64,000 nt of DNA from Eledone cirrhosa (lineage: Eukaryota). The DNA lies in contig OZ024741.1 in assembly GCA_964016885.1 (NCBI GenBank), positions 414,222,001-414,286,000 of the forward strand, in the 5' to 3' direction. The notes below the pieces were generated by a model, which saw only the letters and a list, made by a program, of their open reading frames with translations, searched no databases and had not been told where the DNA came from. The translations under genes were made by a program, and so were the position numbers. Below, one piece after another: positions 27,830 to 41,979 of this stretch. Each line of letters begins with the position of its first letter. The stretch's first letter is position 1.

Positions 27830-29668
27830 CATGATATATACTATTGTATATATGTGGTAAAGGCTTTACCTCACATAACATTTACATTACTCTATATATA
27901 CTATTGTATTTTCACAGTAAAGGTTTTACCAGACATAATATCTCACATAACATTTACATTACTCTATATATACTATTGTATTTTCACAGTAAAGGTTTTA
28001 CCAGACATAATATCTCACATAACATTTACATTACTCTATATATACTATTGTATTTTCACAGTAAAGGCTTTACCTCACATAATATCTCATAACATTTACA
28101 TTACTGTGAAAATACAATAGTATATATAGAGTAATGTAAATGTTATGAGATATTATGTGAGGTAAAGCCTTTACTGTGAAAATACAATAGTATATATAGA
28201 GTAATGTAAATGGTATGTGAGATATTATGCGAGGTAAAGCCTTTACTGTGAAAATACAATAGGATATATATAGAGTAATGTAAATGTTATGAGATATTGT
28301 GTGTGGTAAACCTTTACTGTGAAAATAACAATAGTATATATAGAGTAAAGGTTTTACCTCACATTATTTCACATAACATTTACATTACTCTATATATACT
28401 ATTGTATTTTCACAGTAAAGGTTTACCACACATAATATCTCATAACATTTACATTACTCTATATATATCCTATTGTATTTTCACAGTAAAGGCTTTACCT
28501 CACATAATATCTCACATACCATTTACATTACTCTATATATACTATTGTATTTCAACAGTAAAGGCTTTACCACACATAATATCTCATAACATTTACATTA
28601 CTGTGAAAATACAATAGTATATATAGAGTAGTGTAAATGTTATGTGAGATATTATGTGTGGTAAAGCCTTTACTGTGGAAATACAATAGTATATATAGAG
28701 TAATGTAAATGTTATGTGAGATATTATGTGAGGTAAACCTTTACTGTGAAAATACAATAGTATATATACAGTAATGTAAATGGTATGTGAGATATTATGT
28801 GTGGTAAACCTTTACTGTGAAAATACAATAGTATATATACAGTAATGTAAATGTTATGTGAGATATTATGTGTGGTAAACCTTTACTGTGAAAATACAAT
28901 AGTATATATACAGTAATGTGAATGGTATGTGAGATATTATGTGAGGTAAAGCCTTTACTGTGAAAATACAATAGGATATATATAGAGTAATGTAAATGTT
29001 ATGAGATATTATGTGTGGTAAACCTTTACTGTGAAAATACAATAGTATATATAGAGTAATGTAAATGTTATGTGAGATATTATGTGAGGTAAAGCCTTTA
29101 CTGTGAAAATACAATAGTATATATAGAGTAATGTAAATGTTATGTGAGATATTAAGTGAGGTAAAGCCTTTACTGTGAAAATACAATAGTATATATAGAG
29201 TATTGTAAATGTTATGTGAGATATTATGTGAGGTAAAGCCTTTACTGTGAAAAGACAATAGTATATATAGAGTAATGTAAATGTTATGTGAAGTATAATG
29301 TGAGGTAAAGTCTTTACTGTGAAAATACAATAGTATATATAGAGTAAAGGTTTTACCTCACATATTATTTCACATAACATTTACATTACTCTATATATAC
29401 TATTGTATTTTCACAGTAAAGGCTTTCTCTCACATAATATCTCACATAACATTTACATTACTCTATATATACTATTGTATTTTCAAAGTAAAGGCTTTAC
29501 CTCACATAATACCTCACATATCATTTACATTATTCTATAAATACTATTGTATTTTCATAGTAAAGGCTTTACCTCACATAATACCTCACATAACATTTAC
29601 ATTACTCTATATATACTATTGTATTTTCACAGTAAAGGCTTTACCTCACATAATATCTCACATAACAT
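27830..29668. repeat. 72-bp AT-rich minisatellite with four orientation switches; resumes at 35056-35190 after the LINE
   Basis: Unit TTACTCTATATATACTATTGTATTTTCACAGTAAAGGCTTTACCTCACATAATATCTCACATAACATTTACA. Orientation flips near 28101, 28343, 28598 and 29343. Confidence 0.95.
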
Positions 29669-29857
29669 CTCGTATACGAGAGACGTGTGTTGACGTGTGT
29701 GAACAAGCTCGGCTACCGAGTTGGATTTACTTACTCAAAAGTGAGTTTTGATTTATTGTTTTTGTACTGTAATATACGTTAACCCCTTGCCTGGGTCGTC
29801 AGACTTTGAGTTTATTTATTTTCGCATTTAAAAATTTATTACGGCAAACTGATAGAA

Positions 29858-31616
29858 ATGGACAGAATTTTCACATCTCATCCTAACGAGAAAGCCACGC
29901 CCCCTAAGAAAGGTGATACAGAGAAGCTAGAAGCACAATGCTCTAAGTCTTCCCTCCTCTCTTCTGCAAAAGAAACATGGAACACAGAATTAAAAGAAAA
30001 ATTTGTAAAAATGGGTGAAAACCCAGAAAGTCACATAAACGCAGACAAAAACAACAATGACAATAACAGCACGACCAACAACAGCAATAGTCACAACACC
30101 AACCAAGAAAAAAAGGAAAAAAATAACGATAACACCAAACAAAGCGAACCCACTACTGGTGCCTCCTTTGCACAGGCAGTCCGAAAAACACAGACCTGCA
30201 AGCAACTGGACATTACAACTCTGACAGAAAAGATGAAGGAAGCAAAACAGTATGTAACTTTCAAAGAAGGAGGAGACTTCACAATCACCCCCCCCCCCAC
30301 AAGAAATCAAAAGAGACACGACACTAAGAACGTTATCTTCCAGAACAATTGCCAATATGACAAGGAAACCAGCTCAATTATCCCAAAAAGAAATTGAGCT
30401 GGTCCTAAAAAATGTGTGGAGTGATATATCGTTCATACAAAAAGGGCCACTCTATGGGAATAAAAAAGGTGCTAATGAAGGATCAATTGACGGCCAGGAA
30501 ATACTCTGTGTTGCCAATTGTTTCCAAGCTACACACATTTTTCCCCACATATTTGGGGAAAAGAACGCAAAAAATAAGAGTCTCCGGAATCCGGCCAAAT
30601 GCATGCCTTTCCTGGGTACTAACAGGATTTTTAGAAGACGAGGACGGAATCATCTCAGTAGGAGAAGTCACCACATACGTTTTCGGCGGTTTGAGCGTGG
30701 AGGTTCTGGTCCAAATGAGACCAGAACGAATAGCTAGAATACCACAGAGGGTGTCCCTCAATGGAGAAACATTTGTATACATTTCAGCCGAGGGTAGGAG
30801 GCCCATATGTTACTACTGTTCAAGCAGGGGTCATCTAAGGGCTGCCTGTCCTCAATTGACAAAAAAAAAGGCTCTTTTGACTACACCCCCTCCCCCCACT
30901 GCCCCCCCCCCACCACTACCACCACCACCACAACAACAAAAACCACACGGAAAAATAACGCAAGAACGGTCCCACCCAAAACAACTCCAAAAACACACAC
31001 AAACACAACAAAACCCCAAAATACACCACTACCCGACAGCACGGACGAAGACCCAGCTGAAACGGCACCTAGTGACGAAGAGGGGGAACCCTTCCAACCT
31101 GTAAAAAGAAAAAAAAGAAAACACCACACGAACATAAACGAAACAAACACACAACCACCAACAAAAACAAAACAAACAAAACAAACAAAATCCACCCCAC
31201 CCCAAAACATAACACATACAACAAAACGCAAGCACACACAAGAACAACAAACAAACACAACACAAATAAAACAGTATACATACATTAACACAAATAACAA
31301 AGAACTAGTAAAAACAATACACAAAGACCCTTCGGTGGAAACTGAAGGGCAATTCTTTGCAAGCGCGGCCAACAAACCGCATTTAAAAATGATAAGACTC
31401 CCAATGGACACCTATGCAAAACTAAGAGAGAACTTTCCTGAGGACGTGGGGGAAACATGTACTCGACCCTATAACCGCATCCTCTTGAAACGTTTCCCCA
31501 CCCACACCTCACCAAACACCCCCACCCCACCACAGAACAACACCCCACCAATACGCCCATGGATATTGTGCAACCTGCTCTTCAGGAGCCGAACAGGTAG
31601 GTCCTTCCTCTTTTAA
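29858..31616 (+). pseudogene. Tx1-type ORF1 (gag-like, CCHC zinc knuckle), frameshifted
   Basis: Split over overlapping frames near homopolymer runs. Contains ASFAQAV, the knuckle CYYCSSRGHLRAAC and a basic FQPVKRKKRK segment. Confidence 0.8.
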
Positions 31617-31621
31617 CCAAC

Positions 31622-34600
31622 ATGGCTGATATAAGAGTTGGGTGTCTGAATGTACGCGGCCTGGGACTGTCTTGGAAACAAGGCAAACTTTTAAACGATC
31701 TCAGGTCGCATAGAATGATGTAATGGCTATTTGCGAGTCCATGATCAGCAGCGAGCGCCAACTGGCGCCCCCTCTTCGACGACTTTGAGATCTTCGCATC
31801 TCTCTGTCAACCGGGGGGTGGGGGTGGAGTTGTCGTTCTGCTGCGAAATGTGTCAATAGAGGGGGGTGTAAAAGCCTCAAAAGGTTAATCGGCCGATTTG
31901 ACCTGGCCGATAGATATCGACTAGATTTTCCGACTGTACCACTATGGACGTGGACCAATCGCAGCAGAACATCTAGGTCGTACCTAGATAGGGTCCGAGT
32001 TAGAGATAAGGATAGGGACACATTTAGCTGTCCAAAAATGTTCATGGTTGACTATTCGGATCACAAGTTAGTGACCTGCATAGTCAACCTTGATAGAACC
32101 CATAGACAGGGACCCGGTTACTGGAAGCTGAACTTGTCCTTACCGACGAGCAAAGCTTACAGTAAACGGATTAGCACATTAGTTAAGCAGAGTTTGACAG
32201 GGGCAATTGTCAACAACAGGTGGTGGAGCTCTCTTAAGAGAGCAATTAGAATAGAATCGATAGGTTTTAGTCAGGAATTAGCAAGGGATAGGAACAAGAC
32301 GGAAAGGGAATTAGTAGATAGAGTAGAAGAGGCGATTACGAGTCGCAATGTAGCCAGCGTGCTGGCATCAAGAATGGCCTTAGACCAGTTCTTTGATGTG
32401 AAGCACGAGGGCTGCGTTGTCAGGAGTAAAATACGTGCTCTGGGTAATGAGGGAGCCAACGCTGTTAGCTGGGCCCGAGTGACAGAGGCAAAAAGTGGGA
32501 ACAAGTCCACGATTCGGTCTTTGAAGGACCAGGATGGGCGTGTGATCCTTGAACCTGGGCAGATGTGTGCGGCTTTTCAGCGGCACTTTGCACGACTGTT
32601 CAAGAAGGGCAGCACGCCGGGTGAGACTATGGATTTCAATCCATACCTCGACGGTCTGCCGCGCCTCTTGGACGGGGAGGCGGAGTCCTGCGAAAGGCCG
32701 ATTTCAGCTGCTGGGATAGGGGCGGCGCTGAGCCAATGCGGCAAACGCAAATCCCCGGGTCTCGATGGTCTACCATACAAGCTATATGCAGCGATGCCGG
32801 ACTTGTTCTCCGATATCCTCGAAGCGGTCTACTGCAACTGGCAGCAGAATGGGAGAATTCCGAGTTCTGTGGCCAAGGGTGTAGTTACGCTGGTGAGGAA
32901 GGACGAGAACAAGGGAGATGACATAAGTAACTTCAGGCCCATAACTCTGCTAAATGCAGAGTTAAAGATTTTGGCCAAGGTGTTAGCGAAGAGGATGGCG
33001 CTTGTCGTCGGAAACCTGGTGGGAGAAGTGCGGATATGCGCAATCCCGTCCAGGTCCATTCACGACAATCTCCACCTTATGCGATACATCATAGAGAGGG
33101 TAGGGAATGAACCCGGCTTTGGTGGGGCCCTGATCAACTTGGATCAATCTAAATCCTTCGATAGGGTTGACCATCGTTACCTGGATGCGGTGCTCACGGC
33201 GGCAGGCTTCGGACCCATTTTCAGGGGTTGGATTGCTGCGATGCACAGCAACAACGTCTGCTCAAGGGTCAAGGTGAACGGCCACCTCTCGGAGCCGTTC
33301 TAAATCATGCGATCCATCCGACAGGGATGTCCTCTCTCCTCCCTTCTGTATGTGCTGGCTCTTGAGCCACTACTGCGGAAGTTGGAGCGGTTGCAGGGCA
33401 TCTCTTTGGAACTGGGATCGCAGAAAGCGGCAACGGCCTACGCCGATGACGTAACAGTAATGGTGTCGAGAACCTCGCAAATCGGTGAGATCGGCACCTT
33501 ACTGGAGGAATATGAAAGGTTTACAGGAGCCAAGCTGAACTGGGACAAGTCCGTCGGTTTGCAACTCGGAACATGGAGAGGCAAACCGATGCCCTCCAAT
33601 GACGTCGTCGGACGCTGGACGGAGGGCCCGGTGAAGCTGCTTGGGATCTGGTTCGGACCAGACCTCCAGCTGGAGAAAAATTGGAACGAGGTAACGGCCA
33701 GGGTGTTTGCACTCACCCAGAAGTGGGCCCAGTGCAAACTATCCCTGAAAGGTCGAGCGGAGGTGGCGAATGCCTATATAGCATCCGTCATCTACTACCG
33801 CTTGACCGTCGTGCCTTGCCCAGTGAAAAGACTCGCCAAAATGGAGTGCGCGCTGTTCCAATTTCTTTGGAACAAGTGGACCCCTTTGGTGAGGAGATCC
33901 ATCTGCTGTCAACACCCTTCGAAAGGAGGGCTGGGGATGCCGTGGCTACAGATGCGTAAACACGCATTAAGGCTACGGCACCTCCAGGTATTCCTCACCG
34001 GTCAACCGGTGTGGGCCCCGTTTGTGAGGCGAGCCTTTCCCAGACTCGTCTCGCTCACCGAGCTGCAATCCTGGGTCAAGCAAAGACCGAGAAAAGTGGG
34101 CGACTGGCACATTGAATGTGCCCAGGCGCTCACGGCCCTCTGGAAAGCGGACCCGGCAATCAGTGGAGACTCCACCTCGACATTCTATAGAGGGTTGGTA
34201 CGCAGCAGGTGCGACGATGCTCTCGGAGAAGCTCTAGGCATGGAGGAAGATGAACTGGCTAGTCTGTTCGGTAGGACGTTTGGCCCTGGACCAATGGACA
34301 ACTTCCAAAAGTCCCTGGCTTGGCAGTGCTACCGAGGGGCTCTACCCGTTCGAGACAAGCTCCACAGGCATGGGAGCCTGGGTAGGGATCCTTTGAATAA
34401 GATCTGTCCGAGATGCGTGCATGACGACGAAACCGTTGCGCACGCATTCGTACACTGTCCAGGCATTGCTCACCTGTGGGGCTATGTGGAACGACTACTG
34501 TCGAGGGTGGGACCAATTCGGTTGACCACCGAGTCCATTGTCACGATCAAACCGCCTCCCCCTTTCAAAAACGAAGGAGGGGAGGTTTTTCTCTGTGTGA

Positions 34601-34821
34601 TAGCCATGGCTAAAGAAGTTGTATGGTGGACGAGGCTGAAAGGGCTGAGGTCAGGCACCTTTCTCTCCGGCCAACAACTGGTCCCCTTTTTCAAATACCA
34701 TTTTAAAAGAAGGATCAGAATGGAGAGAGAGGTGCTCTACCCCAGCAAGTTTTATGAACGGTGGGTGAAAGTAGGGAGAATGGCCAGAGTGAATGGGTCT
34801 TCTCTCTATATCAGCCTGTAG
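31622..34821 (+). pseudogene. Tx1-type ORF2 (APE endonuclease, reverse transcriptase, C-terminal zinc finger)
   Basis: Starts MADIRVGCLNVRGL; the APE centre is deleted or frameshifted. Motifs SDHK, YWKLN, KSPGLDGLP, FRPITLLN, FDRVDH, RQGCPLS, YADD and CPRC...ETVAHAFVHC. In-frame TAA at 33301-33303. Confidence 0.92.
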
Positions 34822-35520
34822 GTGAAAGAAGAGGAAAAAGAGGAGACGAGGGAAGCACCTACTCTTTGTGCTCCTGAGGAGAAGGGTTGCACATTTTTTC
34901 CGGGGTGTGTGCGACCCATGTTAATGCCCCCTCCCTATTGAGGACTTCGTTTGTTGTTGTTATTTCATTGTTATATTTTTGTACTCGTTAATTATATGTA
35001 AACTTCCCCCCTTGTATCTGTCCCTACCTTTTGTGCCCTGGTGGCAAATAAAGAAATTACTCTATATATACTATTGTATTTTCACAGTAAAGGCTTTACC
35101 TCACATAATCTCACATAACATTTACATTACTCTATATATACTATTGTATTTTCACAGTAAAGGCTTTACCTCACATAATATCTCACATAATATTAAATCT
35201 ATGAGATTTTGATATTATTTATTTTGAGAACAACACCTTAACATCAGTATGAGTGGCCAGTTTGAACAGAAAGAGGTGAGAGAATTCTGACCGGACAAAG
35301 GGTTAAGGCCAGCAAGTTTGGGGGAAGAAGCATTGAATATGATAATGATGTCTAATTTCGACACAAGGCCAGTCAGTTTGGGGAAGGAGATTTAATTAAC
35401 ACCAGTATATCACTGGTACTTTATCTTATTTACCCAGGAAGATGAAAGACAAAATTAACCTCAACAAGATTTGAACTCAGAACGTATCTATTATACTGTA
35501 TTGATTTAGAATTTAGGCAC

Positions 35521-36047
35521 TGCCACCACTACCACCACTACCACCACTACTGGCACAACACCACTACCACCACTACTGCCACCATAACACTACCACCACT
35601 ACTGCCACCAAAACACTACCACCACTACTGCCACAACAACACTAACACCACTACTGCCACCATAACACTACCACCACTACTGGCACAACACCACTACCAC
35701 CACTACTGCCACCATAACACAACCACCACTAACACCACCACCACTACCAGCATACCACCACCACTACCACCATACCACCATACCACGACCACTACCACCA
35801 CACCACCACCACTACCACAACACCACTACCACCATACCACCATCACTACACCTCCACTACCACCACAACACTAATACCGCCATACCACCACCACAATACC
35901 ACAATACGACCTCACCACCACCACAACACTAATACCACCAACACCACCACAACACCAATACCACCATACCAGCACAATACTAATACCACCACCACATCAA
36001 TACCACCATACCACCACAACTATACCACCACACCACCTCCACCACCA
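35521..36047. repeat. Degenerate (CAC/TAC)n low-complexity tract
   Basis: Imperfect ACC/ACT triplet repeats grading into the adjacent satellite. Confidence 0.9.
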
Positions 36048-39000
36048 CAACTACCAATACAATACAGTTATCACAATAAAACTCTACTTACACAACTTCC
36101 ACCACCACCACACCACCACCACCACACAACAACTACCAAGACAATACAGTTATCACAATAAAACCCTACTTACACGACTTCCACCACCACCACCACCACC
36201 ACACAACAACTACCAATACAATACAGTTATCACAATAAAACTCTACTTACACGACTTCCACCACCACCACCACCACCACCACACCACCACCACCACAAAA
36301 CAACTACCAATACAATACAGTTATCACAATAAAACCCTACTTACACGACTTCCACCACCACACCACCACCACCACACAACAACTACCAATACAATACAGT
36401 TATCACAATAAAACTCTACTTACACGACTTCCACCACTACCACCACCCCACCACACCACCACACCACACAACAACTACCAAGACAATACAGTTATCACAA
36501 TAAAACCCTACTTACACGACTTCCACCACCACCACCACCACCACCACACCACACAACAACTACCAATACAATACAGTTATCACAATAAAACCCTACTTAC
36601 ACGACTTCCACCACCACCACACCACCACCACACAACAACTACCAATACAATACAGTTATCACAATAAAACCCTACTTACACGACTTCCACCACCACCACC
36701 ACCACCACACCACACAACAACTACCAATACAATACAGTTATCACAATAAAACTCTACTTACACGACTTCCACCACCACCACCACCACCACCACACAACAA
36801 CTACCAAGACAATACAGTTATCACAATAAAACCCTACTTACACGACTTCCACCACCACCACCACCACCACCACACCACACAACAACTACCAATACAATAC
36901 AGTTATCACAATAAAACTCTACTTACACGACTTCCACCACCACCACCACCACCACCACACCACACAACAACTACCAATACAATACAGTTATCACAATAAA
37001 ACCCTACTTACACGACTTCCACCACCACCACCACCACCACCACCACACCACACAACAACTACCAATACAATACAGTTATCACAATAAAACTCTACTTACA
37101 CGACTTCCACCACCACACCACCACACAACAACTACCAATACAATACAGTTATCACAATAAAACTCTACTTACACGACTTCCACCACCACCACCACCACCA
37201 CCACCACACCACCACCACCACAAAACAACTACCAATACAATACAGTTATCACAATAAAACCCTACTTACACGACTTCCACCACCACACCACCACCACCAC
37301 ACAACAACTACCAATACAATACAGTTATCACAATAAAACTCTACTTACACGACTTCCACCACCACCACCACCACCACCACCACACCACCACCACCACACA
37401 ACAACTACCAATACAATACAGTTATCACAATAAAACTCTACTTACACGACTTCCACCACTACCACCACCCCACCACACCACCACACCACACAACAACTAC
37501 CAAGACAATACAGTTATCACAATAAAACCCTACTTACACGACTTCCACCACCACCACCACCACCACCACACCACCACACCACACAACAACTACCAATACA
37601 ATACAGTTATCACAATAAAACCCTACTTACACGACTTCCACCACCACACCACCACCACCACACCACCCCACCACACAACAACTACCAATACAATACAGTT
37701 ATCACAATAAAACCCTACTTACACGACTTCCACCACCACACCACCACACCACACAACAACTACCAATACAATACAGTTATCACAATAAAACCCTACTTAC
37801 ACGACTTCCACCACCACCACCACCACCACACCACACAACAACTACCAATACAATACAGTTATCACAATAAAACCCTACTTACACGACTTCCACCACCACC
37901 ACACCACCACCACACAACAACTACCAATACAATACAGTTATCACAATAAAACCCTACTTACACGACTTCCACCACCACCACACCACCACCACACAACAAC
38001 TACCAATACAATACAGTTATCACAATAAAACCCTACTTACACGACTTCCACCACCACCACCACCACACCACACAACAACTACCAATACAATACAGTTATC
38101 ACAATAAAACCCTACTTACACGACTTCCACCACCACACCACCACACCACACAACAACTACCAATACAATACAGTTATCACAATAAAACCCTACTTACACG
38201 ACTTCCACCACCACCACCACCACACCACACAACAACTACCAATACAATACAGTTATCACAATAAAACCCTACTTACACGACTTCCACCACCACCACCACC
38301 ACCACACCACACAACAACTACCAATACAATACAGTTATCACAATAAAACCCTACTTACACGACTTCCACCACCACCACCACCACACCACACAACAACTAC
38401 CAATACAATACAGTTATCACAATAAAACCCTACTTACACGACTTCCACCACCACCACCACCACACCACACAACAACTACCAATACAATACAGTTATCACA
38501 ATAAAACCCTACTTACACGACTTCCACCACCACCACCACCACCACCACACCACACAACAACTACCAATACAATACAGTTATCACAATAAAACCCTACTTA
38601 CACGACTTCCACCACCACCACCACCACACCACACAACAACTACCAATACAATACAGTTATCACAATAAAACCCTACTTACACGACTTCCACCACCACCAC
38701 CACCACACCACACAACAACTACCAATACAATACAGTTATCACAATAAAACCCTACTTACACGACTTCCACCACCACCACCACCACACCACACAACAACTA
38801 CCAATACAATACAGTTATCACAATAAAACCCTACTTACACGACTTCCACCACCACCACCACCACACCACACAACAACTACCAATACAATACAGTTATCAC
38901 AATAAAACCCTACTTACACGACTTCCACCACCACCACCACCACACCACACAACAACTACCAATACAATACAGTTATCACAATAAAACCCTACTTACACGA

Positions 39001-41717
39001 CTTCCACCACCACCACCACCACACCACACAACAACTACCAATACAATACAGTTATCACAATAAAACCCTACTTACACGACTTCCACCACCACCACCACCA
39101 CACCACACAACAACTACCAATACAATACAGTTATCACAATAAAACCCTACTTACACGACTTCCACCACCACCACCACCACACCACACAACAACTACCAAT
39201 ACAATACAGTTATCACGATAAAACCCTACTTACACGACTTCCACCACCACCACCACCACACCACACAACAACTACCAATACAATACAGTTATCACAATAA
39301 AACCCTACTTACACGACTTCCACCACCACCACCACCACCACCACACCACACAACAACTACCAATACAATACAGTTATCACAATAAAACCCTACTTACACG
39401 ACTTCCACCACCACCACCACCACACCACACAACAACTACCAATACAATACAGTTATCACAATAAAACCCTACTTACACGACTTCCACCACCACCACCACC
39501 ACACCACACAACAACTACCAATACAATACAGTTATCACAATAAAACCCTACTTACACGACTTCCACCACCACCACCACCACACCACACAACAACTACCAA
39601 TACAATACAGTTATCACAATAAAACCCTACTTACACGACTTCCACCACCACCACCACCACACCACACAACAACTACCAATACAATACAGTTATCACGATA
39701 AAACCCTACTTACACGACTTCCACCACCACCACACCACCACCACACAACAACTACCAATACAATACAGTTATCACAATAAAACCCTACTTACACGACTTC
39801 CACCACCACACCACCACCACCACCACCACACCACCACCACACAACAACTACCAATACAATACAGTTATCACAATAAAACCCTACTTACACGACTTCCACC
39901 ACCACACCACCACACCACACAACAACTACCAATACAATACAGTTATCACAATAAAACCCTACTTACACGACTTCCACCACCACCACCACCACCACACAAC
40001 AACTACCAATACAATACAGTTATCACAATAAAACCCTACTTACACGACTTCCACCACCACCACACCACCACCACACAACAACTACCAATACAATACAGTT
40101 ATCACAATAAAACCCTACTTACACGACTTCCACCACCACCACCACCACCACCACCACCACAGAACAACTACCAAGACAATACAGTTATCACAATAAAACC
40201 CTACTTACACGACTTCCACCACCACACCACCACCACCACCACCACACCACCACCACACAACAACTACCAAGACAATACAGTTATCACAATAAAACCCTAC
40301 TTACACGACTTCCACCACCACCACCACCACCACCACGACCACCACCACACAACAACTACCAAGACAATACAGTTATCACAATAAAACCCTACTTACACGA
40401 CTTCCACCACCACCACCACCACCACCATCCCCCACCACACAACAACTACCAATACAATACAGTTATCACAATAAAACCCTACTTACACGACTTCCACCAC
40501 CACCACCACCACACCACACCACCACACCACACAACAACTAGCAATACAATACAGTTATCACAATAAAACCCTACTTACACGACTTCCACCACCACCACCA
40601 CCACACCACCACCACCACCACACAACAACTACCAAGACAATACAGTTATCACAATAAAACCCTACTTACACGACTTCCACCACCACACCACCACCACCAC
40701 CACCACCACCACACAACAACTACCAAGACAATACAGTTATCACAATAAAACCCTACTTACACGACTTCCACCACCACCACCACCACCACCACGACCACCA
40801 CCACACAACAACTACCAAGACAATACAGTTATCACAATAAAACCCTACTTACACGACTTCCACCACCACCACCACCACCACCATCCCCCACCACACAACA
40901 ACTACCAATACAATACAGCTATCACAATAAAACCCTACTTACACGACTTCCACCACCACCACCACCACACCACCACCACACAACAACTAGCAATACAATA
41001 CAGTTATCACAATAAAACCCTACTTACACGACTTCCACCACCACCACCACCACACCACCACCACCACACAACAACTACCAATACAATACAGTTATCACAA
41101 TAAAACCCTACTTACACGACTTCCACCACCACCACCCCACCACACCACCACACCACACAACAACTACCAATACAATACAGTTATCACAATAAAACCCTAC
41201 TTACACGACTTCCACCACCACCACCACCACACCACCACCACCACACAACTACCAATACAATACAGTTATCACAATAAAACCCTACTTACACGACTTCCAC
41301 CACCACCACCCCACCACACCACCACACCACACAACAACTACCAATACAATACAGTTATCACAATAAAACCCTACTTACACGACTTCCACCACCACCACCA
41401 CCACCACCACACAACAACTACCAATACAATACAGTTATCACAATAAAACCCTACTTACACGACTTCCACCACCACCACCACCACGACCACCCCACCACAC
41501 AACAACTACCAAGACAATACAGTTATCACAATAAAACCCTACTTACACGACTTCCACCACCACCACCACACCACACAACAACTACCAAGACAATACAGTT
41601 ATCACAATAAAACCCTACTTACACGACTTCCACCACCACACGACCACCACCACCACCACCCCACCACACAACAACTACCAATACAATACAGTTATCACAA
41701 TAAAACCCTACTTACAC
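36048..41717. repeat. Satellite with a modal 79-bp unit (constant core plus variable (CAC)n), about 70 copies
   Basis: Core CAACAACTACCAATACAATACAGTTATCACAATAAAACCCTACTTACACGACTTC. Units of 79, 82 and 85 bp in the homogeneous centre. The last unit overlaps the exon boundary at 41716. Confidence 0.97.
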
Positions 41718-41864
41718 AGGCATTAATTTCTTGCTAAGTGAATATTTGACAAAATCTTGGTGTGTCTGTACACTGTAGTTTAGGGTTTCACCATGAAGGA
41801 CTAAATACTTGAGGCTTGTTAACAAATAAAAGCAGACATCCACATCGGGGTCAGAACACAAACC
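41716..41864 (-). CDS. unc79: UNC79-like protein, coding exon (4th in window)
   Basis: Acceptor TTTTTTTCTATTTACAG, donor TGT|GTAAGT, 149 nt, phase 0 in and 2 out. GLCSDPDVDVCFYLLTSLKYLVLHGETLNYSVQTHQDFVKYSLSKKLMP resembles recalled UNC79 EEPDILFNMLNCLKILCLHGECL...HPQFLAY. Confidence 0.88.
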
Positions 41865-41979
41865 CTGTAAATAGAAAAAAAGAAAACATTTTTCAAATAA
41901 ATAATCACGGTGGTTTTTGGGGCCTTACCAGAAATATGGGGGCAATCATGTGATTTGAGAAGAAGAGGATTAACAACTG

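Larger units (their letters stand above)
29669..35056 (+). mobile_element. Near full-length Tx1/L1-clade non-LTR retrotransposon, inactivated
   Basis: 5' UTR, ORF1 with zinc knuckle, ORF2 with APE-RT-zinc finger, and a 3' end GCAAATAAAGAAA. The 72-bp satellite lies on both sides. Confidence 0.9.
27816..35302. mobile_element. Possible piggyBac-type non-autonomous element enclosing the 72-bp array and the Tx1 insertion
   Basis: TTAA|CCCTTT at 27812-27821 and AAAGGG|TTAA at 35297-35306. Only 6 bp of inverted terminal match is visible. Confidence 0.45.

Noticed and set aside
36048-41717. CRISPR-like look of constant repeat plus variable spacer
   Set aside because: The spacers are only (CAC)n length variants; the context is eukaryotic and there are no cas genes.
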